The notes under the pieces were generated by a model. It was not told where the DNA came from and ran no database searches. It saw only the letters and a program-made list of their open reading frames with translations. Both the position numbers and the translations under genes were made by a program. A DNA stretch of 60,659 nt, counting the filler, from Basidioascus undulatus (taxonomy: Eukaryota): the NCBI GenBank assembly GCA_000826855.1. It is 9 parts of 9 records of this genome, joined end to end, with 100 filler letters (N's around TTAATTAATTAA, not from the genome) between each part and the next. Parts side by side here need not be neighbours in the genome. Positions count along the whole stretch, not along the records: positions 20,289 to 26,955 come from JTLS01001695.1; positions 27,056 to 33,718 come from JTLS01001696.1; positions 33,819 to 40,440 come from JTLS01001697.1; 6 more parts are not named here. One strand, given 5' to 3'. Of this stretch, positions 26,103 to 39,020 are shown piece after piece (within the stretch, counting starts at the first letter, position 1; every line of letters begins with the position of its first letter).

Positions 26103-26955
26103 TCAGTACGGCTTGAACCGCCGCTGGGCCTTGAGCTGCTCGACCTTTGCCTTGTCCGCCTCGAAGCGCGCGCGGAGCTGGGCGAGCTCTGGAGGGTGCG
26201 CGGGGGTAGGTCAGTCTCATGTCCACATAGTAATTCAAGAGAGACAGAGAAAACAGTATGGCGGAAGGAAAGAGTGCCGACTCACCGTCCCTCTTCTTCT
26301 CCCTCCTCTGCCAGCGGTAAAAGTCCGGCAACTCCTGCGCCATGCGCGCCTTCTTCTTCTTCCTCCCCTCTTTTCCCTCCTCCCCCTCTTTCGCCAAGGT
26401 CGGCATAACCCTCCTGGCGACCGCGACGCCCCCCGCGCCCTCCGCGCGCCCATACTTCCCCCCGCGCTCCACAAGCGTGAACCCGCCCTCCTCCATCATC
26501 TCCTCCCTCTCCGTGCGCTCGCGCTTCGGCCCGCCCGTCTGAGCGCGCACCCACTCCCAGTTCGCGATGTACGAGTCCGCGTGCGCCTTCACGCCGCTGA
26601 GGCGCGGGCGGAGGGCGGCGTGCCGCGCGAGGAGGCGCGCGAGGCCGGGGGGGTTGGTTGGGGACGGCAGGGCGGGGCGGGAGGAGAGGAAGGAGGGGGA
26701 GAGCGCCCGTGTGAGGGAGGAGGAGTCGAGGAAGACGAGGTGCGCAGTCGTTGCGGCGCGGTGCGGCTGTGCGGGGAGCGGGAGCAGGGGAATGATAGGC
26801 GGTGGGCCTGCCGGAGCGTGCTTGGGACCACGCTTGCGGCGGCGGGCGACGACGGTCCCTTCACCCCCAGTGCCGACGACGACTCCCTCCTCCTTTTCTC
26901 CGGCACCACCCTTCCCCCCCTGGCCCTTCTTCCCCTTCACTTTCGTCTCTCCGAG
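26103..26955 (-). CDS. RRP7: Ribosomal RNA-processing protein 7, 3' part
   Basis: TAHLVFLDSSSLTRAL; EEGGFTLVERGGKYGR; ELPDFYRWQRREKKRD / ELAQLRARFEADKAKVEQLKAQRRFKPY*. Confidence 0.93.
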
Positions 26956-27629
26956 NNNNNNNNNNNNNNNNNNNNNNNNNNNNNNNNNNNNNNNNNNNNT
27001 TAATTAATTAANNNNNNNNNNNNNNNNNNNNNNNNNNNNNNNNNNNNNNNNNNNNGCGATGGTGAAGGCGCGCATGGCTGACTGAGCGGGTGAGTTGAGG
27101 AGGAAGGTAGAAGAGCGGATGTAGCGATTGAAAGAGTGCGAGAGGGCAGGGCTGTCTGGAGCACGGAAGAGGGGTGAATGGAGGATGTGGGAAGCACTGT
27201 GAGCCCCAGACTTTAAATACAGACGAGAGGCGTGTTTACCGGCCACCCGGGGGCGGGGCATAACACACTCGGTGGATTCGTTGTCGCACCTTTCACCTTT
27301 TGGACCCGCCCATCCCTCCGCCATCTCGGTTGCAATGGCAGCCCCGCGAAAGCCTCTCAAAGCAAGAGAAGAAGCAAGAAGAGCCAGTGTCGAGAAGAAG
27401 CCGCGTAAGATCTTTCGGGGAAAGTGAATCTGCGGATCAAGCCTCTCATGGAATGCTCCGCGCCGGCGACTAGCACATAAGCGAGGATGAACTGCTGTAA
27501 TTTCCGTACGTTTGTGCATTTGATTGTTTGTAACTACAGGCTTTCAACAATCAAAACTGATGAACATTCAGCAGAAACCCTCGTACACTCACTGCACGTC
27601 CCAACCCGCGCCCCTTTTAGCTCTTGTAA

Positions 27630-29508
27630 TCAATTGATATCTACTTCAGTAAACAGCTCCCTTCTCGTCGAACTTGAGATCCTTGAGGCCGTCGAGTGTG
27701 TCAAGCCCGTGCGCAATCCGGCGTGAGGGAGCATCGGCCGGGAAAGCCAAGGCATTCGGATCAGTCCTTGGCGACTTCAGCTCGCGTCTGAAGAAACAAC
27801 TCACCTTGGAGAAGGGCTTCTCCGCAAGAGACGAAACACGGATGCCGTGGCGCTCCTCCTTTCCCTCCTAGTCGAAAGCGTAGCATGCTGTAAGCGCACC
27901 CGAAGTGTGAGATGACGGAGAGAATTATCGGTCGAGTTATGACGCACGATCGAGATGCGGTTGTCCCTGACACATGAGGTTGAAATGAGTATCCGAATAT
28001 ATGCTGCACTGTAATCAGATGATAACGCACCAGAGAGCGGAGGTGTTCTGGGTCCACTTGAAGCGGACCTGAATGTCGACCGACTGTCACGAACGGACGC
28101 TAGACATCAGTGAATGACCCAACGAGACGTATATCACTGCACGTACTTGGAAAAGGTGTTGCAAGATGGCGTAGCTCTCGAGCTTAGAGAACCCCATGAT
28201 GCGAGCGTGTACTTGCGGTTGACGAACAAGCTGTTGAGCCAAGGTGTTCATCCTCAGCAAACTTTGCTAAAAATGCAGATCATAGTGCGCGACCGCACCT
28301 CTTCCAGCCGTGACAGGGGGACGCGGACGAGCGGGTGCACCTGCTCGATAGGAACGGGTGCCCCGTCAGGGTCCGTCTCGTCCTTGTAACTGTGCGCTGA
28401 GCGGTAGACGGCCTGCAAGCCGGATGACCTTGGGGAAGGCAGGGGAAAGCCTGAGAAGCTCGTGTTAGGTACATAAAGTCGGCAGCCAATCAGAGTTCCA
28501 ACCCACTTATCATAAGCGGAGTATCCAGATGCCCACTGGCATGCATGCAAAAGGACAGCGACGGCCCTCGGGATAAGCGGTTTCCGGAGAAGGGTTACAC
28601 GTAGGTGTCGCCGCCAACTTCCGAGAAGTTGGTCGAGATGAAGGTGGGTAATCCCAGGAGGGTTGGTCTCATGAGTAAGGTCCGTGTGCCAGTCCTAGTG
28701 CCGAAAGGACGCGTGAAGGTGCGCTCCTTCGGCGGCGCAAGCGCAGGCTTGTAACGTTCATCATCAGTCAGCCTTCAGAGGATTCAGTGGTGTTTAGAGT
28801 TACTAACCAAATGATAGAGACACGGGGAAGGCCGGGAACTTGGGCTGCGGCCGGGTGCACTCTGCCTTGTTCATCACGGTCAGACAGCGTTTCACACAGT
28901 GAAGGCGCGATACTTGCTCGCTTCTCCAAAGTAAGCCCCTAAGTCACGCCGCATTTGGGGCGAGAGGTCCTGGTCACGAAAAAAGACCACTGAGAGGACA
29001 GACTGAGGTTCAGATCAAGCGCTGGGTTCCAAACTGAATCTTGCACGGACCAGTGCGCTCGGCAATGACTGCAAATCAATGCAACTCGTCAGTGGGGTCC
29101 CATCGGTAAAAAGTAAGCACGTTACTCACGCAACGCAAGCTCGTTATTCTGCTGGCCCGTACGATCTTTGAGCTGGAGTCCCACATTTCCGTGCCTGCCG
29201 GTGAAGGCGGGATGTGCGATTCAGCGTGTCTGCAAAGCTCACGAAAGACAGAATGCAATACACACCGATGTGCTGTGTGAGGTTTACGGCCTTCTTTGCA
29301 GCTCCGAACAGAGCTTTCTTCTCATTGTCTGCCCTGAGACCCGCGTCGTTGTGCTCACGGTCAACCGTGCGAACCGTCGTCGCCTGCTGAAGGGTCTTGG
29401 GCTTGGGCGGGAAGTGCGGATAGTTGGTAAGGTCAATCCCAGCCTTCCCGAGACGAGCACGAGTGTTGGGGTAGGACAGGAGGGGAGGGAAGGCTTGGAT
29501 TGAGCCAT
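27630..29508 (-). pseudogene. TauD/TfdA-family alpha-ketoglutarate-dependent (sulfonate) dioxygenase pseudogene
   Basis: Fragments NLTQHIGTE(fs)VGLQLKD, IAER, VFFRDQDLSPQ, HPAAAQVPGLP, GT*DWHTDLTHETNPPGITHLH (HxD), VGGDT, WASGYSAYDK, HPLVRV, QVRFKWTQNTSALW, FD*EGKEERHGIRVSSLAEKPF; stops at 28695-28697 and 27868-27870; frameshifts near 29500, 29185 and 28625. Confidence 0.88.
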
Positions 29509-30326
29509 AATGGGTGGACGGGATTGTGCAGCAGAGTCTTGGATGGGAGTGAAGGCAGAAGGTGGGGTCACTTGCAGCCATAAGAATACCCCGCGGTCCT
29601 GTCTCGCAGCACGCAAGATGCTACTTAAATGAGCACTGGGAGACTTATCCGCACTCGTACTGCGTATGATCAAGCAAAACGATGCGATAGCGTGCCGATT
29701 CGTGACGCAACAGGAGATACGATGGCGTGCTGGGCGGCCACAGAGACCAACAGAGACAGACAACACGGCTGTTGAGCCCTGCGAGTAATGTTCTTGCCAC
29801 TTTCGCTCGGTGCCCGCTTCTTCCGTACAGAAGAAGCCAGAAGTACTAGTGTTCCAAGCATCGATACAGTATTCTTGTTCGGGAGTACTGTGGTGAATCT
29901 CGCAGCGAAGTGATCCGACGTTGACTCAGAATCGTAGGCGGTGCCGGATGATTGCGACTTGAGTCTGAATAATTGAATCTATTGAGGAAATTACTTCCTG
30001 ACTCCACTTCTTTCGGTCTAAACTCCTGCTATCAGCGATAGCGTATGCAGCTACAGCACGCGGTACCTCACCTGTGAGGCTCAGCTCTACGCTCTACGCT
30101 TGACGAGCAAAGCTCAAGTTAACATGTTGCCACGGATCATGGACATTGGACTCTGGCTCTGGCTCAGAACGTCGTTACCTAGAGCATGGCCTGTGTGCTT
30201 TTTCTTAGGAAGAAGCCCAAAACGACTAAAGTGATCAAAGCTCGTTGATCGCAGCATGTCCAACAAGGAGACTGTGTGAGGGCGCCGTTATGAGTGCGGT
30301 ATTGCTAGTGTAACATATGTAACAGG

Positions 30327-30667
30327 TTATTTACATCCATGAATGCATTCAAACCGGGGCCTTGGTGTTGCAGATATATCCTGCTGACGGTCGCCTCCCG
30401 CTTGGGGATGACTTGGCGCTTCGCTGAGGCTGTGGACACACGAGGTTAAGTACTGTCAACGAGCGCCTGCTTCGTCGTGAATAGATAAAAGACTCACGCA
30501 GCACGGTGCGCGAGCGCCTTCTTCGACTTTTCGTGCATTGATCGCGCGTCGAGCTTCTGCTCGTTCGCCTTTAACGGCACGGCGGGCCCGAGCCGTACGT
30601 GGTGGATTGTGAAGTGGGGAGACTCGCTGCACTCGATCCAGGCTCTAAAGTTGAGCAGAGATGGCAT
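30327..30667 (-). pseudogene. Short two-exon ORF, possibly an internally deleted remnant of a basidiomycete uncharacterised family
   Basis: MPSLLNFRAWIEC fused to ...MHEKSKKALAHRA, then intron 30430-30497 (GTGAGT...CAG). The two motifs recall the N-terminus and middle of a DUF7918-like family (memory only). Confidence 0.3.
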
Positions 30668-31651
30668 GGAGAACGTAAAGTAGGCATATGACAGGAACGG
30701 TTCGACGATGTTAGCACGAGCTTGGAAGCTGGTGGTGGTTGCTGGTTAAAAGACGCGAGGCGGACGCGTCGGGAAGTCCGTCAATTTTGTCTCCGCCGTT
30801 CCGCGTCGAAACGAACATGCATGCACGTCATTCACCTTGACTCGTCTGTTTGTAAAATAAAACGACAAGGTCTGGCTTTCGCAAAGTACTCGCCCGCCCG
30901 CCAGGCGCAACGACGCCGGCAATATTTCATCAGCTGTATTACGCCCGACATGTTCTGGCGACGCATTCTTTCAGCATCCCCAACCTGATTGGCAGTGGAA
31001 CCGGCGAAGACAAGATAGGGAGGCAAATGACTGCTCGTGGAAATTGTAGGAGGCCTGCACACAATACCCACGACTGGGCCGGGAGTGGCAGTGTTGGCAT
31101 CTTGCCTTCACATGTAAGGGGTGCCGCAGCGCTTTCCGCAAGGACCACAATGTGTAAACAGTAGCTTTCCGTCGTTCCGTCAGAAAAGACGTTCCAGTCA
31201 GGCAGGCTCGGGATAGTTGCTTACAGGCCTTCCCGCTGCTGTGGCAGCGTCGTTGTTCGGAGACTACGCAAGACCACGGCTAGCGCGGCTAAGCCGGAGA
31301 CGCCAAGCATAGTTTTCTTTCAACACGATGGCGACGGTTGAGTGGTCCGTACGCTAGAGCTTCCCTGATTCCTCCTCATGGCGCTGAACCATCCGTAGCG
31401 TGCACCGCTCCCACCGCGCTGAACGCCCAGCAATCACCATCGGCATCCCCTCACGCTCACGCACGCAGTCTACAATCAACCAGTCAACCAATTGTGCGAG
31501 TGTGTGTGCGCGCGTGCATGTTGTCTTCCGTCCCCTTCCGTCCCCCTCCTTCCCCTTCCTTCTCCTCGTTCATGTCCACCTTCCTTTTTCCCTTCCCCCC
31601 CAAAGCCCTCATCCCGTCCTCAAACACCCAAACGGCAGACAGGGAACAAGT

Positions 31652-32646
31652 TCAGTGGTCGTCGTCCTCCGTCAGCTTCTCGTACGCCTCGGGCGCGAGG
31701 AGCGCGTCGAACTCCTTAGGGTCCGTCAGGCGGATCTTGCACAGCCAGCCTGGTTTCCCCGCCCAAGCGAGTCAGCATTGGGTTCCCTCTCCCCAGGAAG
31801 TGACGCAAGGCGCGTGAGGGTGAGAAGCGAAGTGAAGAGAAGGGAAGAAAGGGTGGAAGGGTGGAAGGGCACAGGATGGGGAAGGCGGAAGGGGGAATGG
31901 GAGAAAGGGTGGAGAGAAGGGGACGGGAAACGCGAAGGAGGGAGAGGAAGAGAAGACGGAGAACGCACCGTCCGTCTCGGCAGCCTTGTTGAGCAAGTTC
32001 GGAGCGTCGTTGAGCGCCTCGTTCACCTCGGTCACCTCGCCCCCAACGGGCGCGTAGATGTCGCTCGCGGCCTTGACGCTCTCGACCGCGCCGATCTGCT
32101 CTGTGAGCCCAACACCACACACCGTCAGTACAGTGTCCTCAGTCCTCTCGCCTGGTTCGCCCCGCCTCCCTTCGCGATGGATGAATTGCGGGCGAGGGGC
32201 GGAGGGTGGAAGGGTCGAAGGGAGAAGGGAGTAGGGCGGAACGGAAGGGGGAAGGGGAAAGTGGAAAAAGGACGGGAAAGGGCGAAGGACAAGAAGGGGC
32301 AAGGAAAGCCAACGCACCGCCCTGCTTCACAGCGCTCCCCACAGCAGGGAGCTCGACGAACACGACATCGCCGAGCGACTTCTGCGCATAGTCGGTGATG
32401 CCGACCGTGCCGACGTTCGAGTCCTTGTCGAACGCGACGTACTCGTGCTCGGGCGTGAAGCGCTTGGCTGGTCGACCCCCACACCCCAGGTACTCCCCCT
32501 TCAGTCTCAGTCTGTTCGCGGGTGGAAGGAGGAGACGAAGACGCACTGGCGTAGCCGCGCAGCGACGCCAGGCGTGGCGCGAAGGCGGGCCGCGCTGCGA
32601 GGGAGAAGGTCGGGCGGACGAGCGTGCGGAGAGGGGCGGCGAGCAT
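31652..32646 (-). CDS. GCV3: Glycine cleavage system H protein, mitochondrial
   Basis: Mitochondrial presequence; [31 protein letters not shown]; lipoyl motif [28 protein letters not shown]. Confidence 0.97.
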
Positions 32647-33161
32647 GATGGAGTTTCGTTGGGCTTTAGAGAGGTGCTGTGGGGAGTGAGGGAAGAAGGT
32701 AGGAGTGAGTTGGAAGTCGAAGACGCTCGCTCGCAAGTCGGGAGGGATAACGGCGGCAGGCGGAGCGCCGGGCGGGTCGCTAAGCGATTTCCACGCCGGA
32801 GATAACAGCGTCTACAGCGTCCTTTTGCACGCTTGTCGACAAACAAATCAAAGCAAAGCAGGCAGTAAGACAAGTTGATGTTGATGCGGTGATTTGTGGA
32901 ATGTATGCGATGCGGGGATGCGGGACAGCGAGGGAAAAAGGGATGCAGGGCGGGAACGGAAGGGGAGGGAGGGGGAAGAGGAACAGGAAGACGAATGTCC
33001 GAATCAATTCAAAGCGAACCAAATGAAAGTGAATCAGAAGCGTACGAGTCCATTGAAACGAAACTGAACGAAGCGAAAGAAAACCCGTACGGCAAACGAA
33101 GAAGCAATGTCCAACGAGCAAAAAGCGCGGCGAAAATGGTCGTCTCGACTCGCCGGCGGAC

Positions 33162-33718
33162 TCAGAGGTTGCGCATGAGGATGTCGAAGCACCCCTCGCA
33201 CCACGCCTTGCCCGACTGCTGGAAGAACCCATCCTCGCCGAGGACCCTCTCGCATCCCTGTTCACCCATCCCGCCCACAGTCAGCCTCGTCTCTCCCTCA
33301 CCCTCTCCCTTCTCCTCCGCCCCATCCCCACTCTTCCCCAGACTCGCACCCTCGCACCCTCGCACCCTCGCACCCTCCCAACCTCGCCCGCTCGCGACTC
33401 ACCTCGCACCGAAAACACTCCGGATGCCACCTCCGTCCCAATGCCTCGACCTCCTCCCCCGTCACAGGCCTCCTACACCCGGCGCACTTGGGGCTATGCA
33501 GCTGTTCATGGCACCTCTGACAGTACGGGTGCCCTCGATGGATCAAGAACGGCCTGTCCCCGCCCCGGTTGGACGGGTCGACGAACGGGTCCCCGCAGTG
33601 CGCGCAGAAGAAGTGGTGCTCGTGGTACAGCCGTGTCGGGGGGGAGAGCGACGGGTCGGAGAGCGTTATGTAGGAGGATTCGAGGATCGGCGTGCGGCAG
33701 TGGTGGCAGCGGGGGGAG
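33162..33718 (-). CDS. LIM-domain protein, C-terminal part
   Basis: CHHC...YHEHHFFCAHC...PYCQRCH and CAGC...WHPECFRCE/GC...WCEGCF: two LIM double zinc fingers. Confidence 0.92.
33343..33374 (+). repeat. Intronic microsatellite (CTCGCACC)x4
   Basis: Four perfect 8-bp copies inside the last LIM-gene intron. Confidence 0.9.
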
Positions 33719-33818
33719 NNNNNNNNNNNNNNNNNNNNNNNNNNNNNNNNNNNNNNNNNNNNTTAATTAATTAANNNNNNNNNNNNNNNNNNNNNNNNNN
33801 NNNNNNNNNNNNNNNNNN

Positions 33819-34224
33819 GTCCTCCACGGGCGGGCTCGACCTCGAGGATACGGAGGAGATGGTCGCGCAGGCGTTCGAAGACGAATTCGGGAGCGTCATC
33901 GAGGACGGGAGCCCCCGCGGGATTGCGGTCGATTTGAGGAAGGCGTGGGAGGACGCGATCATGGGAAGGGAGGAGGAGACGCGCCGGCTGGAGGCGATTT
34001 GGGACGAGCGGAAGGGGAAGAGTGTGCAGGGGACCAGGGCGAAGGACGAGGAAATCCTGGGCGAGAGGCCCGCGGACTATGACAGTGATGAGGACGACGA
34101 AGAGGAGGCGCCGCAGTTGGTGGACAGCCAGGCGCAGGAGGCGAGGCCGCCGAAGGAGAAGCAGGAGAAGGTTGTAGATGAGGATGGGTTTGAGCTGGTT
34201 CAGAAGAAGGGCAGCAGGCGATAA
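33819..34224 (+). CDS. TSR2: Pre-rRNA-processing protein TSR2, C-terminal part
   Basis: DLEDTEEMVAQAFEDEFGSVIEDGS, acidic tract, then VDEDGFELVQKKG. Confidence 0.88.
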
Positions 34225-34478
34225 TCATGGTCATTGGACGCTTTGCTATTAGCTGGCTTGTGATATGTCTGCACCTCGCTGTCTGCACCTCGCTCGGCTG
34301 AAACCCTGGTATCGAGTGTCGCGGCAGTAACATATCTGTCGTACAGATCGCCGCGCAGAGCCCGTCGAGCTCAACAACTCGCGAAGTCCTCGTCATGGTA
34401 CATGCACGCATCCGTTGGCATCCGCCCAGACCGACCAAGGCATCACAAAGTCCTTCAAATGTCCCTTCCCATTCTGCT

Positions 34479-35810
34479 CTACCTCCTCGCCGAGTACTTC
34501 TGGATGCACTCAAGCGTCCACCTCAAGTTCTCCGGATCCACGCCGGGGGTGATCCCATGCCCCAGATTCGCGATCCAGCCCTTCGGGCCCTTCGCCTGCC
34601 CGATAAACTCCTCCGCCATCGCCTTGACCTCGCGGTCCACGCCCGCGCGGTCGCCGTAGAGGACGTTGGGGTCCAGATTGCCCTGGACGGCGACCTTGGT
34701 GCGGTCGACGTACGACGGCGGCGTCGCCCAGTCGAGGCCGAGCACATCGTAGCCCGCCTCAGCGAGCTCGGGGAAGAGCGAGGGCGAGACGCCCTTGGCG
34801 AAGAGGATGAGGGGCGGGATGGGGATGTTTTGCGCGGTGAGGCGAGAGCGGACGGAGGAGGCGATGCGGAGGAGGGAGGGGAGCGAGAAGAGCCGGAAGT
34901 GCCGCGGGGAGAGCTCGGACGCCCAGGAGTCGAAGACTTGGAGGGCCTACACGGCGCGGAGTGGGGGAGGGGGATGAGGGGGAGGTGAACAGCCCAGGGA
35001 AGAGGAGACGAGCATACCTGCGCGCCAGCCTTGACCTGCCCGACCAGGTAGTCCACCACCACGTCCGTCACGCGCTCGATGACCCGCGTGCTCTCCTCCG
35101 GCCACGAGAACAGCCACCTCTTCGCCTCCTGGAGGGTCTTGCTCCCGCCTCCCTCAACCATGTACGCGAAGAGCGTCCAGGGCGCGCCCGAGAACCCGAT
35201 GAGGGGCACCTCGCCCTTGAGCTCGCGCCGCGTGAGCGTGATCGCATCAAACACGTATCCCAGCTCCTTCTCAACGTCCACGTCCTCCCGCAGGCGCGCG
35301 ACGTCCACCAGCTCCCGCAGCGGCGCGGGGAAGTGCGGACCCTTGGACGGCAGCATCTGGACTTCCAGCCCCAGCGCTTGCGGCACAACGAGGATGTCCG
35401 AGAAGATGATAGACGCGTCGAGGAGCCCCGTGTACCGGTGAATCGGCTGGAGGGTGATCGCGCAGGCGAGTTCGGGCGTTTGGCAGATCTCGAAGAAGGA
35501 GTGCGACTCGCGCAGCTTGCGGAACTCTAGGTAGGGGAAGTGAGCGTCGTTAGCCCGCCTGACTGGCTGCCCACCGATGGAAGACGCCTCACCGGGCAGG
35601 TACCGGCCCGCCTGGCGCATTATCCACGTTGGTGCGCGCTCAGTCTCCTCTCCTGCCCGCACGACCAACACCACAAGCCCAGCATCAGCCTCCAGCATCC
35701 TTGGCTCCCGCGACGCAGGGCACCAACGCACCGCGAGCTGCGCGGAGGAGAAGGTCGTTCTTGAGCGGCGGGAAGTCGGCGTCCGTCAGGGTCGGGTACT
35801 TGGACGCCAT
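34479..35810 (-). CDS. HEM12: Uroporphyrinogen decarboxylase
   Basis: [14 protein letters not shown] / [73 protein letters not shown]. Confidence 0.98.
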
Positions 35811-36165
35811 GATTGTTAAGAGGGGGGGAAGGGAGGAGGGAAGGAGGGAAATAGGAAGGGCAAGGAAGACGAGGCGGAGGGAGAAGACCGACGGGCCGGC
35901 CGGCTTCAGGCGCCGATCACGGTTACGGATCGCTGCCCAGGCTTCGATGCATTGCACTACTGTGCAAGCGGCCTATGAACGCGGTGCTCGCACACGTTTC
36001 CAATGATTTCCGGTGAGAAAGTTGATCCTTCGCTACGTTTGAGCTCAGCGCAAAGCAGTCGATTCAGACATCGGAAAGCATCAACGTCTGGGATTGCTTT
36101 GCAGCTATGCCCAATATCGTCAAAGTCCTCATCGCACAAATCTTATCTCGGCGTGTACATAGTCC

Positions 36166-39020
36166 CTAATTCTTCGGAAGCGCCATCCCCAGCTTCTCCG
36201 CCTCCGCAGAATCCCCTTCGTCCGGTGTCGACGACGACGTGATGACGCGCGCCGTGGGTGGGCCCTTGTAGTGCTTGCGGCCCCAGACGACATACCAGAG
36301 GGCGCTGATGCTGGCGAAGCCCTGCAAAAGATATAAAGTCTGGTTAGTCCGAAGACAGCCGCAGGGAGGCACGTTGGATTACTCACCACGAACACAACTG
36401 AGGCATAGTCTGCAGCGAAGACGTTCAGCATGTGCGAGACAAGATGTGGAAGCTGCTCAACGTACTCATCGTGGATGGGTCGACGGGAACGGCAGTGGGC
36501 ATGCAGAACCTGTTTGGTTGTGATAAATGAGCGAACAAGCGGGACACACTGGGAGAACAGGCCAGGCCAGTAAAGCATACAGCACGATGCTGAACGCAAT
36601 CCACACGATCGTGATGAGGTTCTGTTGGCACTGGCAGTCAGCACCTTGTGAGCAAAGGGAAAACATAAGACACGTCCGATTATCCAACCGAGGGCGCCCA
36701 GTGCAAACGGTGCGCCCTGCACCGGCCCTCTGGAGCGAAGGAAAGAGATGAGGATGGGCATGGCGTAGCTCGCTCCGAGGGTGATAGTAGCAACGCCGGT
36801 CTGTCCCCAAGCAACTCGTTCAGCCTCGACGTCTGGCGTTACACAAGGAAATAAATATACGTACGAACGCATTGAAAGCAGCGGTCGAACCCAGATAAAT
36901 CAAGGCGAGCAAGGCGTCGACAGTCGCGCTCAGGAGGAGCGCATTGAGCGGGATCTCGAAACGCTTGTTGACTTTCTTCCAGAGGAAGGAGCCTGGAATG
37001 GCTCCGTCACGGGCAAAGCTCCATGTGCACCGCGCTGTGCGCAGTTCCTCGTGTCAAACGGTGTATAGGGAGGGATTGATAGAACAGAAACGCACACGCT
37101 GCGGTCAGGGCACCGACACCGCCGAAGAAACCAATCTGACACAATACGTTAGACTCAGAAATATAGCTAAATGTGTGGTCTCACGTACCCCAAGGATTAG
37201 GAACAACAGACCAAACCCGCCTGCACTTGAGCCTGTGGCAGTTCGGAACAGCAGCGGAATGGGCTGGCCTGTCGCTACATCGAGGAGCTGTTTGCAAGTT
37301 GAATTTAGGAGAAAAGATCAGAGAGATTCATATAGACAGAAATCATACCATCCTGATATCGGGAAGGACAAAGAGGATAGGTACGAGGTAGAGCAGCTGG
37401 GTCGGAGGCCAACGTCAGCTTGGAAACGTGCTGGATTCTATGAAAGCTACACATACTCCGGTGACTCCTGCAGCGGCAACAGAAAGAACCATGGCTGTAA
37501 CAAAGCCAACGTCAACACACGACCCTCAAACACGGCTCGGGCAACTGCATACCTTTCGGCACCTCCCGCTCGGGATTCTGCACCTCTTCACACAGTGCAG
37601 CGACTGCAGACATGTCTGCGTCAGGCGGCTGTCTCCCTTCGGCGGAATTAAATGGAACAGGACTACTCACCCATGCCGTACCCGGTCAACACATACGCGC
37701 TCTGCAGCAACCCGACGAACCACGCCCAGCCGCTCGGCCAGCCGGACGGTGTCGCGTCGTAGTGACTGAAGACGTACGCGCCGGAACGCCGGCCGTCATG
37801 CGCCATCGAAAGAAGTGTGATCAAAATGATGATCACGGAAGCGCCGGTCCAGTAGATGCAGAGTGTCTTAAACGAGACGTCCCACGTGAGCGAACAAAGC
37901 GGATGGGAGAAGAAAGAGGCACAGCGCACGTTGAGTTGGTTCAGCCACCGGTTCCCAAAGATATTCACGAGCGTACAAATGAGGGTGACGGCCCAGAAGC
38001 CTAGAAGGGTGTGCCATGCTTCGGGCACAAAGTCCTCGTTCCACAGGCTGATAGCGCTCAGAATGAGGCTCGCTTCGCCGAAGTTGATCGAGAGCGTCAC
38101 GGTCCAGTTGCCGACGAGACTGACTGTGGTGTGGGTATCAGTTTCTGAGCTTAAGTAAGAGGAGGGGTACCACTGACGCCAACCGGTGATCCAGGAGGCG
38201 ATGGTAGCGTATTTGGGGGAGGACATGGAGAAAGCCTACAGAGGGCGTTAGCAGCCTCGAGCATCATGCCCAGCATTTTGACCTTACCCAGAAGTATGGC
38301 CCGCCCTGCTGGCACCAAGTTTCAGCTACCCAGACATGAGAATTGAACAGAATTGAACAATGAAGATGATACGCACACTAGTCGGGAATCGACTGCAAAT
38401 CTCACTCAAAGACCCTGCAATGCAGAGAGAAACGATGCTAACAAACACCCATCTGCAAACGATTCCGTCGCATCAGTGCCCGAGGCGCACCCGGAAGAGG
38501 AAACTGAGACTCACCCCCAAAGCACAGTTACGGGTCCCCCGTCGGTCAAGCCAACTAATATGGTCGTCGAGAGACCATACGCTATGGGAGGGAGGTCCAT
38601 TGATGTTAGCTGGCGCGGGCAAAGCGCGACAACTTGAGACGCACGGACGGCCATGATAGCTGGAAGGATTCTTTTCTCCTTCAGGTCTTATCTCAAGGAT
38701 GATCCCATCCTCCAAAGCGTACCAAAGCTCACTGTAGCAAGAAGTCAATCGTTATCTTTCCGACGTAGTGCTGGATTCAATAAGCGAATACTCACAACCC
38801 AAGATCGTGATCATGCTCAACTTTCTTGGTAGCTCCTGAGTACCGCAAGCGCTGTCCTTCAGCTCCTTGTCTCTCGATAACGTCGCTCGTACCGCAGACT
38901 CACCTGAACATACCCCATTTCCGCCAATCGGCCCGCGGCTGAGTCCTGCTTCCCCACCACAACGTTGCCGCTCTCGGCCTTATTCATCTCAGGAAAAGAC
39001 TCTCTGTGACTGGTGTACAT
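36166..39020 (-). CDS. APC-family amino acid/GABA/choline permease, highly intron-rich
   Basis: RLAEMGYVQ/ELPRKLSMITILG; GGPVTVLWGW; SLSEICSRFPTS/GGPYFW; GWPSGWAWFVGLLQSAYVLTGYG; LCEEVQNPEREVPKA; SFARDGAIPGS; YASVVF; WYVVWGRKHYKGP. Confidence 0.92.

Noticed and set aside
27056..27220. ATG CGC GCC TTC ACC ATC (MRAFTI) with upstream TATTTAAA on the minus strand
   Set aside because: Probably the start of a secreted-protein gene, but only six codons are visible before the linker; too little to annotate.
31400..32398. Long ORFs opposite known genes (also 26062-27003, 44453-45349, 51736-52458)
   Set aside because: Antisense or alternative-frame shadows typical of GC-rich coding DNA overlapping GCV3, RRP7, GPI17 and the Bin3 gene.
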